DNA of 64,000 nt from Isurus oxyrinchus (taxonomy: Eukaryota): NCBI GenBank assembly GCA_026770705.1, contig JANJGN010000026.1, positions 32,860,001-32,924,000 of the forward strand, written 5' to 3'. Each line of letters begins with the position of its first letter. Position 1 is the first letter of the stretch. Below the pieces are notes generated by a model. It made no database searches. It had not been told where the DNA came from and saw only the letters and a program-made list of their open reading frames with translations. The translations under genes and the position numbers were made by a program. Below, piece by piece: positions 1-11,029 of this stretch.

Positions 1-698
1 AATTGTGTAGACAAAAGGCCACCTGGTGAGGAGAATCTGAATAATTATAATGACCTGATTAAACATCTCTCGATGTTAAAGCTACTTCCATATAATGAAA
101 TTAAGAACCGATAATAAAAACAGGCACAAAGAGGTTATTTTCAAGATATGATTAGAAGCTGATGACCAATGATTAATAGATTGCATAATCGACAAGGACA
201 GGCTGCTGTGTTCGAGGCACCGGAACAGATGACCAGAAAACCGATTGAATACTAAACCTTAGTTTCTTTTTAAAAGCGTCAGAAAGTTTGAGCACTGGAT
301 GCGCTTTCGGAAATCTGAACATACCAGATAAGGCGTTAGGAAAATGCAAAGGCTTTGTTATTTTTTTTCCTGCAGGTCCCTTCAGTGATATATAACTGAT
401 GCTGCATTTGTGTTGTGTGTACCCTCTGTAACGGCTGGAACATAAAGTCAACTATTTTGATCAGCATTTCTGCCATTGTAACTTTAAGTCACAAAATGGG
501 GTGAATTCGCTAAACACATTTTACATTATGTTCAGAATGTATTCTTTGTAAATGGAACATTTCAAAATTCCGCACCTGTTGCTATCGGCCTGTTACTTAT
601 TTGGATTTACTTTCAATGAGCACATTCCGGTTATATGCTTTGAAAGTCTTTCTCCCCACTCTACCCGCCATTCCGTTCAGCTGGTCACGCTTCTGCAG

Positions 699-731
699 TG
701 TTTCTGCACGAGGAAGGTTCCTGTCACTGTA
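699..731 (-). other. Defective recombination signal sequence of V1
   Basis: Heptamer TACAGTG (725-731), 17-nt spacer, nonamer-like GCAGAAACA (699-707). It lacks the invariant CAC and has neither a 12 nor a 23 spacer. Confidence 0.65.
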
Positions 732-1152
732 TCTCTTAGCCCGCAGTGATACACGGATGGTGAAATTCCCCTCACTTCTGGAAATGTCAAAAGATGCAGA
801 TAATCGAGCCCCCGCGGCCTCTGCATTGAAAACACCCATAGCGGAATGGATATAGGTCAATATTGTAGGGGCTTTGTAGCCCTCTTGTCGGTACAGTTGC
901 AAGACGCAGAAACCAATCGTGACCGAATAGCTGAAATTAATGGTCAGCGAGTCTCCTTCAAACTGTGCCCCTGCAACCGGCTCCTGTAACACCGACTCTG
1001 CAGCAAATTCAAAGTACAGAACTTCAACTTTTTATTATCACCATTACAATCAGGGTTATCAAGTTAATGGAACCCTTAACAAGTAAAGGGAAAACATAGT
1101 TAAAAGGAAGATTACCCATCATCGCTATCAGTATAACCTGTAAGATGAACAT
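732..1152 (-). pseudogene. TCR alpha/delta-type V segment pseudogene (V1); leader exon 1116-1152, V exon ~732-997
   Basis: Leader MFILQVILIAMM-G ends in a phase-1 GT donor. V exon reads ESVLQEPVAGAQFEGDSLTINFSYS..LQLYRQEGYKAP..RLSASFDISRSEGNFTI, then frameshifts to VYHCGLR. The first Cys is F, the Trp is L, and the xLxxxDxA segment is deleted. Confidence 0.85.
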
Positions 1153-1384
1153 TGTGTAACTTGGGAAATTCCCAGTAAAGAGAATCGCAGCTGTGAAGAA
1201 TCAACAGTCAACATGTTTGCAGAGCCGATGGTGGATAGCTTGACTTCAACCAAAATTATTTTAGTGAAGAGTTCAGGAGATGTTGAGTAATATCCGGCCC
1301 CGAGCCCGATTGGTACATTCCTGCATGAGCTCACAGCTCTTTGTCCTTCAGTGCACCCAATCAGCTCATAGTTCCTTCAATTCG

Positions 1385-1392
1385 TGACGTCA
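1385..1392. promoter_or_regulatory. CRE (TGACGTCA) in the V1 promoter region
   Basis: Perfect palindrome ~235 bp upstream of the V1 ATG, with CCAAT nearby (~1357). CRE motifs are an established feature of TCR V promoters. Confidence 0.55.
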
Positions 1393-1999
1393 GAGAGCTC
1401 GAAATAAACTGAGAGAGCATAAGAACATTTGAAACAAGAGCTGGATTCGGGCATTTGGTCTCTCGACCCTGCAGCATCACCTATCTCTAATCTACCTATC
1501 TAAATTGCATCCGCCTTCTTGCACTATTCCCAAATCCCTTGATTCTCTTAATATCCATAGATCTATCAACCTCAGTCTAAAATAAACTCAGCGTCTACGC
1601 TCTGGAGTAGAGAATAATGAGAACTTCATTGAAGCCGATATAGTTTCTTTAAGGGAGTCAATCTTTGATGTAGAGCGATGATGGGTAATGGCTAAAGCTG
1701 TTCCCTGACCAGTGTTCGAGTCTCCCATTAAAAGAGCTTCTCGATGACCATTAAAAATACTCACAGCCGATATAAAGAGGGATTTCACATAGAATGCCGC
1801 AGATTCTGCACCCTCCCCCCAAACCGCTCCACACACACACACACACGCACACACGCGTCTTTCTCCCTTTCTCTTCCTCTTTCTCCTCTCGCTTTGTCGA
1901 CTTGTTTCTCTCTGGGTCATCCTTTTTTCTCTCCATATTACTTTCTCCCTATCTCATTCTCTCCTTTCTCTCTGTGGGATTGTTCGCTCATGTTTTTCA

Positions 2000-2569
2000 T
2001 TAAGTTAAAAAGTGAAGTAATTCCTGGAGGTGATGTGGCCCATTAATCACATGTCCAGAATTAGGACAAAAAGATGGAAGTTACTCACCTAATTCAACTG
2101 TGCTTGGGGTGAAAGTCTTCAGCAAATGGCCCAGTAGAGCGCTGCTGTGTCCAGGCGAAGCCTCTTCCACGGCATTGGAAAAAGTATGGCGGCACAGACC
2201 CACACAGTGGACACGCGCAGAGACGACCACACAGAGAAATACATAAAAGCACTTGCAGGTGCAGACACAGACATGCAAAATCAAACACGTACTGTGAAGT
2301 GCACAAACTCAAACACACGCACAGGCACACCAGGACATAAAGAACCGTACATACACAGAGATATATGTGTCTGGAGAGAGATCAATTAAAGATCAAACTG
2401 TCTCTCAGATGAATTAGAGATCAAATTGCCTCCCATGATCGATTAGAGTCTAAACTGTCTCTCAGGTACATTAAAGATTAAACTGTTCTCCATCTTTTTT
2501 TGTGCGAATTCTGGGTATGTGATTAATGGGCCCTATCACCTCCAGGAATTTCTTCACTTTTCAATTTAA
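2000..2569. repeat. ~80-bp inverted repeat pair (2000-2078 and 2489-2569)
   Basis: ttaagttaaaaagtgaagtaattcctggaggtgat..gatgga matches the reverse complement of 2489-2569 with few mismatches. Both outer ends are TTAA. Confidence 0.8.
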
Positions 2570-2630
2570 GCCTCTCAGATCGACTAAAGATCAAACTGTC
2601 AAATCAATTAAAGCTCAAACTGTCTCTGAC
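2381..2630. repeat. Short ~28-bp tandem repeat, interrupted
   Basis: Repeated tcaaactgtctctcagatgaattagaga-like units at 2381-2490 and 2571-2630. Confidence 0.7.
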
Positions 2631-3739
2631 AAAATCGGGTCAGAGGAGAGGAACAAACGGAAGCTGTGGCCGGGGATGCAGCAGATTGAAAACTGATAAA
2701 AGTGCGCGGCGGTGATCAGCTGCAGGCGGAACTGATGGAGCGGAAATAGCGATGGTTGAAACTCCAGAAGCCTGTGAGCATCCTGCACCTGCTCACACGT
2801 CAACCGCATGAGAACAAATAGTGCGGGAGGGGCAGGAAGGGAGCAGAATCAGAGGAGGTTAGGGGACGGAATGAAGATTCCGGTAACCGTATCTGTGTCT
2901 ATTTGAAAGACCCAAACCAATCGCCTTTCACATCTCACATTCTCCACGTTGTTTTCCTTTTTCAGCTTATAACAATTCCGCATTGAAATTTACGATTAAA
3001 TCCTCTTCCCCCTTCATTTCAAGCGTCGTATTCAAGGTGGTAACATACACAATGTAATAAATAAAACAGATCTTTCCCTCTCAAATATTTTCATGAAATT
3101 GAGATGATTTGGTTATTGAATCTTCTGACAATGGAAGAAATTGTGTTCTATTCTGAATAAAGGACAATTTTTGGCACATCAATTGAATCCCTCTTCTACC
3201 TTCTTTGCTACGAGGATAAGAATCCAAGTTTGCCTAGTCTGTTCACGTAAACCTTCCACATCTCTGGTGCCATTCTGATGCACAGCGTCCGCATTTTCTC
3301 CAAAATTTTGACATTCCTTCTACCTGTAGTGCCCAGGTTTTGGACAGAGAACTACAGCGATGATCTCTACAGCTTTAACATCACGTCCCACAAAGTAGCC
3401 AAAAAGACCGTGCCTGAACATTCCAATTCAGATTCCTGGAGAACATTCGTTTCCTGACATGCATTTCAATAAACTCTGAATCCATTCAACGGCCGCATCC
3501 GAACACGGATTGAATCTAAATCACCAGCGGACGGAGCCAAATTCAAGCATGGGCGTCAATAAGTCACGTGGTGGAAACGCCAAAGCCAATAGGGATGGTT
3601 TCCTGAGTGAGATTACAATGGGCCCGATCCCCTGCAGTGTGCGGGTGGAACAATGAGCTGAACAGCGCCCGGGTTCCCTCTCTCCTTCTCAATCTCTGGC
3701 TCATTCCATTCATATTCACGGAGAGAGATTCAGTCAGAC

Positions 3740-4270
3740 ATGTTGCTGATAATACTGGCGACCCTGTTCGACAGTAAATACGGGATTGCATTAATCAAAG
3801 CAGATTAGCAGATTAATGTACAGAGATTGCGGTAGTATTTGATACAATTTACGATCAGAAATATCCGTAGTATGGACAGCTGGGTAGATAGGAGATTCCG
3901 CAAACTCAAACAGCTACGAACAAATTTAGATCAACGCTGTTTAACCGCTTGATATTTCATTCCTCCATCCCACAGGCGGACGATGCGCAGATCCAGTAAC
4001 TCAGTCCCCGGTGGTAATAATAGTGTCAGAAGGGGTCTCGTTGCAGTTAGACTGTGAATACACAGGTCTGAATCTAAACAGCATGCAATGGTATCGGAAG
4101 CACACGGCACAACCACCAAGATGGATTATTGCCAATATCTTAGCACTGAAGGAAGCTAAAATTTCAGGACGATATCTGGCGGCTGTTGACATGTCTCAAA
4201 AGGACGGTTAGCGTTCAATATAAGCGAACTGAGTGTGGAGGACGGGGCGGTGTATTACTGTGCAATGAGG
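3740..4270 (+). pseudogene. TCR alpha/delta-type V segment (V2), intact except for one 2-nt frameshift; leader 3740-3773, V exon 3976-4270
   Basis: Leader MLLIILATLFD-S with GT..AG intron. Exon GRCADPVTQSPVVIIVSEGVSLQLDCEYTG..MQWYRKH..GRYLAAVDMSQKDG[+ta at 4209-4210]AFNISELSVEDGAVYYCAMR has canonical Cys, Trp and YYC. Confidence 0.92.
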
Positions 4271-4309
4271 CACAGCGTTAAATCACAGCTAGAACCCCGT
4301 ACAAAAACC
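4271..4309 (+). other. 23-RSS of V2
   Basis: CACAGCG + exactly 23 nt + ACAAAAACC (consensus nonamer). Confidence 0.95.
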
Positions 4310-4489
4310 TCAGCGAGTATTTGCAGTACCGATAAGCTTTCTTATGTGATTTTGTGGGCAGGAAAGGTTTCATCCTAGGTTCCAGAGAAGCAGAACATGC
4401 AGATCTATTTACCGCAGATTTATTGCTTTCTTTGTCCTTGTCCAACTCCACTGAGAAACAGTTTTAGAGGGAAAAAAACGTTTACTCGT

Positions 4490-4800
4490 TTATGAGATGT
4501 GGGTATTTGTTGCCCATCCCTCAATTGCGCTTGTTCAGAGGGGACTAACAGTCAACCACATTGCTGTGGGCCTGGAGTCACATGTCGACCAGACTAGATA
4601 AGAACGACAGATCTCCTTCCCTAAAGGGCAACAGTGAACCAGATGGGTTTTTACAACAGTCGACCTTAGTTTTCTAGTCATCATGAGACGTTTAAATTCT
4701 GCTATGGTGGGATTCAAACCGGGGCTCCAATAGGATTAACCAGGATCTTTCGTTTAACCATTACCAGCGATAACACCAGTGCGCTATCGCCTCCAAATAG
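4490..4800 (-). mobile_element. Shark tRNA-derived SINE (related copies ~51960-52520 and ~55765-56140)
   Basis: Shared blocks such as ttgcccatccct..aattg, aaccacattgctgtggg, gtgaaccagatgggttttt and gtgggattcaaac (B-box-like) recur in all three places. Confidence 0.7.
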
Positions 4801-4879
4801 GCAAGCTTCTCTCCATGCTGCCATTTAAAGCGTAACTAGCTACGAAATTACCCGGAATATCGATTTGCCAACAGAGGTA

Positions 4880-5330
4880 ATGAAAGCTCTCAGATTTCCT
4901 ATGGGCTGTTCTTACAGAACCATTAACTCAGGTGGACCCAGGGTGGATAGGTGGATGGGTGGATTGATAGTTTATTCTATCTATTTCCACAAGCACTTTG
5001 CTTAATTTTCCTTGTATATATCATTATGTTAATTTCATTCTTGTTTTGGCAGTTACTCCTTGTCACCGAGAATCAAATCCTGATATTGGCTTATCGTGAA
5101 CGCAAGGACAATCATTTTGCTTCACTATAACTCTACTTTCCCTCCAAATGAACTTATATTCTTGTACTGGACATTCTCCAATCGAGCTCCCGAGAATCTC
5201 GTCTCCATATTCAGTGGTGAAAGAGTTGAGGGAAGATTTAAAGTATCTGTGGACCGTGAGAAAGGGTCTACCACTCTCAACGTTCACTCGGTTCAGTTCT
5301 CATATGCTGTGGTGTAGTACAGTGCGGTGA
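4880..5330 (+). pseudogene. Decayed TCR-type V segment (V3)
   Basis: Frameshifted leader-like exon 4880-4931 and acceptor at 5051-5052. Exon retains ..LYWTFSNRAPENL..EGRFKVSVDREKGSTTLNVHSVQFSYAVV*YSAV (decayed DxAVYYCA). No convincing RSS. Confidence 0.7.
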
Positions 5331-6148
5331 TAAACGGGGAGGCAAGGAGGTGAGGATACTGTCGTAGAACTCACTCGACATGGGGACGGGTTAGACAATC
5401 AGGACATGGGCTTTAGAAGAGTGAGTGATACAAGTCAATTCTGCAAAAAAAAGCAGTGCATCATCAGAGTAATTTAATGGAATGAAAATATTTTTATTAT
5501 TTAAGTTAACATCATAATATAACGTAAAGGTTAACGACAGAGGTGAAAAGTTTTTTTTCCCCCTCAGAAAGTCGTGAGTCTTTGGAACTCCCTTCCTCAA
5601 AGAACAGGGCAAGCAGAGTCTTTGATTGTTTTCCAGGCAGAGGGAGATCGATTTTTGATAAACACGAGAGTGGAAGATAACCAGGTTACAGTCAGATCAG
5701 CTATGACCTCATTGAATGGCGGAGCAGGCTCGACAGGCCGACTGCAGCTCCTATTTCCTCTGTTCACATATACTTGGCATCCTGAAATTTAGTTGACATC
5801 CTTCTTTGATGATTCGGGTGCTCGCAAGCCTTTCATGCTTCCGAAATGAACAATCACAACCTCATCAGTTGCGGATTTAAGAATTTATGAACAAGAGATT
5901 CATCAATTTATGCAAATGAGCGCATAATGACTTAATGACGTAGCACGTCAGAAAACTGAGGTAAGTAATCTAACACTGAACATTAAATAGTAAAAACATC
6001 AATAGCAAAAGAATGGAAAGAGAGAAGTTACAGTGGTTATAAAACCAAAGCCACAAAAACCACAATAGTGTGGCAGAATAATCATGTAGCAAGATTATGC
6101 AGCAATATTCGAGAATAAATTGAGAGTCTTTGTTTTACAGCCAAGATT

Positions 6149-6162
6149 CCACTAGGTGGCGC
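6149..6162 (+). promoter_or_regulatory. CTCF-binding motif
   Basis: CCACTAGGTGGCGC fully matches the core consensus CCASYAGRKGGCRS. Confidence 0.7.
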
Positions 6163-6394
6163 CTCAGGCGCTTTGGAGAAAACCTACCAAGCCTCAGCTC
6201 ACCGCTCTGACGAGTGACAGCTGGGAATTACAGGAAATATTTTGGCGCCGTGACAGGTTACTGTAAACGATAGTGTATATAGGGTAAGAATCAATAGTTT
6301 CATTGCGCAAGAGACTAAGAGATGGAGACCTATAAATCATTGTATTTCATTGTCCAATTTTACTGCGTAGTCCGAAGTAAAAGATCATCACAGT

Positions 6395-6512
6395 GAGAGA
6401 GAGAGAGAGAGAGACAGACACGAGACAGAGACAGAGAGCGAGAGAGAGGGGGAGACAGAGAGCGAGACAGAGAGACGAAGACAGAGAGAGATACAGAGAG
6501 AGAGAGGGAGAG
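6395..6512. repeat. (GA)n-type microsatellite; similar simple repeats at 1830-1855, 21612-21690, 26360-26475 and 27360-27490
   Basis: Directly visible dinucleotide runs. Confidence 0.9.
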
Positions 6513-8594
6513 AAATGAGTGCATCTTTTCGTGACCGAATATTTTGTTTCTTATTGGCAACAACTTCAAACTATCCGAAAATACCTCGACACTCAAATCC
6601 CTTCACTCCACTACAAGGGTCAGAGTGACAACACTTTCTGGCAGAGAACTAAACATTCCCACTGCTCTCGGTGTAAATAATAATAGTAACATCACGACAG
6701 CGACTACACTGGAAATGTACTTCCTTAGGTTGGAAATTGCTTACTGACACTCTGAGTCTATGAAAGGCGATTTCTCTTTCCGAATGATATTTGATTCCAG
6801 GGGTAAAATTTAATGGCCCCCTGTTTCCAGGGGGAGAACTAAAGTTTATTTTTTAAATTTCCTTCTCTTTAGTTCAACCTTTTTTCCTGGATTATGTTGA
6901 TGAAGGGTCACGACGTCCTGGGATTACTAGGATTCTCTCTCCGATATTATCATAGATTCTGTCCGCTCAACGGGACACCCGTCATCTGCCGGAAACAACA
7001 ATCCGGGAATTTACTGAGGAGCCCCTGACGGAAACTGGCTTCCTGTTCAAGGAGGGCCAGTGATTGAGGCGCCGAAAGACCACTGCACCCCGTAAGAAAG
7101 ATTTGTACTCATTTAGCTGAACGTGTACATATAAATTATGCATTCATTTTCAGAAAGATGCACATGCATGACAACACAAATGCCATTCTGCAAACGCCAC
7201 TTCTCAGCTCCGTTATTCGCCCTATCGCCTCTGAATAAGAAGTTTCAGGGTCCCGTCCCTCTCTGGAGGCTTCACCCCCAGGATCTATACCGATATTTCA
7301 ATTCGGTCCTCAGAGAAATATGCAGCGCCAGAGGGGCCGGCTTTCGGATTAGATGTTAAATCGAGGACACCGCCTACCCTTTCAGGTGGACATGATAAAT
7401 CATATGAGGACTATTTTGAAGGAGAGAAGGGGATTTGTCCTGGACAATATTTCTCCACCAATCACCGTCACGAAATGGTTGTGGTTGTTGAAGGTCAACC
7501 ATCTGAGCTCCAGGACATCACCGCAGGACTTCCTCAGGGTAGAGTCCTAGGCCCAACAATCTTCAGTTGCTTCTTCAATTACCTTATTTCCATCATAAGG
7601 TCAGGAATGGGGATATTTTGCTGATGATTGCATAATGTTCAGCACCATTCGCAACTCCTCAGATAATGAAGCAGTCCATGACCAAATGCGACAAGAATTG
7701 GACAACGTCCAATAAATGGGCCATAAATGAAGTGAATCTCCCTCTATGTTTTTTTCTCTCATTCTGGGTGATTGGATTTTCCAATCCTCTTCTTGTGGAA
7801 CCGGCTATTTGTGACCAATTCTATCAAACCACTGATAATTTTGAGCAACGTAACTAAATATTTCCATTAACTCCTTTAGTATCAAGTAAAAAAACGCAGT
7901 TTCTACCGTCTGTTCACAAAAAAGCCCCACGACCCTGTTTCAGGTTTAGAAATAGTCAATTAGTTAGTACAGAACTTGAGTATTGCTGAAAAAAGAGATG
8001 TCGAAGTTTTTCATTTTGCACTCATCAAGGCAGTTTTGTAAGGCACCCGTGGCAGGATAGGAAACAACTGGAAAAATTCAGCACGTCAGGCAACATTTGC
8101 AAACAGGGAAACAAAGATCATCTTTCACCTCCAGAGCCTTTCATTAAAACCGGGAAAGGTTAGAAATGTAGGAAGTTTTAAACAAGTGAAAAGGAGGTGG
8201 GAGGAAAGGGCTATCATAGGGTGGAAGTCTGGAGAGATTAAATGAGAAAAGAGTTTGGGTGCATGGTCTCAGAGTGAGGTAATCACAGACTGATAGAGTG
8301 ATTAAACCACTGAATGAGGCGATTTGGATTTTCGGGTCTGTGCCAGCCCTCTGTAAGAGCAATGGAAAAAACAAAGAAATAAAAGATATATCTGGAGGGG
8401 CTGTCAATGGCAGATTGATGAACAACTGCCACCGGAAAATAAAAGAAAAGTGTAAAGGAAGAGGTTCTGTTTCTCGAGTGTATGTTGAGTTTCTTTCGAA
8501 CACCACAGCAGGCCGAGGACCAGGAGGTCAGCATTAATATCTGGGTCACCAGTCATTTCAATTCTCCACTTTGACTCTGTGGATTAGTTGTTTC

Positions 8595-9330
8595 ACGTCC
8601 CTGTGAAGTTAACGTAGATCTTGGGTATCAATTCTATCCAAACAATCTTCTGTTCAGACACTATCTCTCTTAACAAATTTCCACTCCAACATATTTTCAA
8701 CAAAGACTCTGACTCTTTGATACTTGCTGCCCAGCAATTGGTTTCAGCCCGTCTGATTTCCCTGAGCCTTAATTCCCAATGAAGTGGGATGCTGAAATGG
8801 GTGAAATGATTCACACTCTCTGGGTGCAACTCCGAGAATAAAAATAAACTCTGGTCAAATGAGAGGAAGCTGTGGGTTTCCAGCTCTGTCAGTCCTCCTG
8901 TTGTCTCAGACAGGATTACAATTGGAGACACACAGCCAGCTGCCTGAACCCGCCAGCATGGGGGTCACCTGAACCGGTGAATAGGAATAAAGTGAAGGCC
9001 AATTTACATGGTCAGGCCTTTTGAAAATATATCTTAATTTCTTTGCCCATGGGTTGAGCTCATAGATTCTCTGCAGCGTTTGCTCAGGTTCGTAAAACCA
9101 AATCCCGTACAAACCAATCCCGCTGTCTGCACCACCAGCAAATATAGAAAACAGAACCTGGCATTTGGCCGACAAGAAGCAACAGCAACGGGCTCACCCA
9201 GGATTCCAACCCGGGACTTCTCGCATATTCGCGATGGAAATACCCAAAGCGAGAATCGTACCCCTAGACCAATGAGCCGATGAAAGGCCGGTAACTCAAC
9301 CAAAAGATACTTTCACTGCCATCCAATGCT
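8595..9330 (-). pseudogene. Decayed coding relic, copy 1; candidate mononegavirus nucleoprotein-like endogenous viral element
   Basis: Frames join to GTILALGISIA..AKCQVLFSIFAGG..GIWFYEPEQTLQRIYELNPWAKKLRYIFKRPDHVNWPSLYSY..ETTGGLT..SFDQSLF..ELRLREIRRAE. Identity inferred by eye only. Confidence 0.35.
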
Positions 9331-10347
9331 GACCAGATATCTGCAGTGAAAACCGAAAATGCGGGAAAAACTCAGCACGTCAGGCAGCATCTTTGAGCTC
9401 CATGACCTTTCACCAAAACCGGGAAAGTTAGGACTGTAGGAAGTTTTAAATTGGTGAAATCGAACAGGGAGGAAACAACAACAGGAAAGGGCTCTGGAGG
9501 GTCGAAATCAGGAGAGAGGAAATGACAAAACAATTTGTGATGCACGGCCTCAGGGGGAGGTACACATAGAATCAGGGAATGATTGCACCACAGAATGAGG
9601 CCATTCGGACCGTCATGTCTCTTCCAACTCTCTGTAAGAGCAATGGAAGAGACAAAAGATGTGTCTGGAGGAGTTGCCAATGACAAATTGATAACAACTG
9701 CCCCTCGGACGCGAAGAAAATGTGTAAACCGGATAGAACCCAAAACTGCAGTGTCAAACAAAACAAAATGGGGGTAGCATCTACAGTGTGAAATTGTTGA
9801 ACTCAGTCTGAGTGTGAAGGCTGTAAAGAGCCCAGTTGAAAGATGAGGGGCTGTTCCTCGAGTGTATGTTGAGCTTCTTTCGAACACTGCACGAGGCCAA
9901 GGCCTGAGATGACCCTCGCGTTAAGATCCGGGTCACCCGTCATTTCAATTCTCCATTTTGACTCTGTGGATTAGTTAGTTCGTTGGTTGGATTTGGAGAG
10001 GATGTTCATTCCTGTGGGAGAATCAAGAACCAGGGGCCGCCTATTTAAAACCGAGATGAGGCTTTTTTTTCTGTCATAGGGCCCTGAGTCTTTGGAATTC
10101 TCTTCCTGAAAAGACGGCAGGTGCAGATTCTGTGAATATATTTAAGGCAGAGGTGGATACATTCGTGGTAAGCAAGAGGATGATAGGTTATCGGGGCGGA
10201 GGGGGTGGGGGTATAGGGTGGGGTTGGGGGCGTGTTGGTGGGCTGAAGGTTTGAGGTTACCATCAGACCTGCCATGAGTTTATTAAATGGTGGAACAGGG
10301 TAGAGGGCCGAATGGCCTCCTCCTGCTGCTTGTTCGTACGTTCGTCT

Positions 10348-11011
10348 GTCCCTGTGAAGTTAATGTAGATCTTGGGCATCTGTTCTATCCAAAAAGAACC
10401 TTTGCTCAGACACGATCACTGTTAACAAATTTCCACTATTACATACACTCGCCAAAGTCTCTGGCGCTTTGATACTTGCTGCCCAGCAATTGGTCTCAGG
10501 CCTGTCTGACTTCGCTGAGCCTTAATGCTGAAGTGGGTGAAATGATTCACACTCTGCTGGCTGTAACTCCTAGAATACAAATAAACTCTGGTCAAATGAG
10601 AACATACAGCCAGCTGCCTGAACCCGCCAGCGTGGGGTCACATGAATTGGTAAACAGGGATAAAGTAAAGGTCCATTTACATGGTCAGACCTTTCGAAAA
10701 TGTGTCTTAATTTTCTCGCATTTGGGTTGTACTGATAGATTCCCTGTAGCATGTGCTCAGGTTCTTGAAACCAAACTCCATGTAAACCGATCTCACTGTA
10801 GACACTGCAAACAAATGAGTAAAATACAACGTGTGACTTTGCCAATAAGAAGCAAGATTAAAGGGCTCGCCTGAGATCTCACATATTTAGCAATAGAAAC
10901 ACCCAAAGCGAGAATTACTCCCCAGGCTAATGAACCTTTAACAATCAGCCACGTCAACCAAAAGACAGACACAAAATACCCGTTCAACATCTCCCATTCT
11001 TCCATTATCAA
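10348..11011 (-). pseudogene. Decayed coding relic, copy 2
   Basis: GSLAWGVILALGVSIAKYV..LAKSHVVF..GVWFQEPEHMLQGIYQYNPNARKLRHIFERSDHVNGPLLY..SFDQSLF aligns without gaps to copy 1 over ~70 codons. Confidence 0.35.
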
Positions 11012-11029
11012 TTCTTCAAGTGCACCATC

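Larger units (their letters stand above)
8040..11015. repeat. Old tandem duplication: unit A ~8040-9340, unit B ~9345-11015 (B carries an extra CR1 3' fragment at ~9980-10345)
   Basis: Colinear blocks, e.g. gtcatttcaattctcca.tttgactctgtggattag (~8553 / ~9939), gtccctgtgaagttaa (8597 / 10347) and acagccagctgcctgaacccgccagc (8932 / 10606). Each unit is a Penelope 3' fragment plus a decayed ORF. Confidence 0.9.

Noticed and set aside
2203-2241. CACAGTG heptamer as a possible RSS
   Set aside because: Poor nonamer at both spacings, no adjacent coding segment, and CA-rich low-complexity context.
9050-9115. DCP1-like motif (YGIWFY..QRI.EL) as the identity of the duplicated ORF
   Set aside because: Flanking residues do not follow the DCP1 EVH1 domain and the second copy diverges there. 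Kept only as a competing hypothesis.
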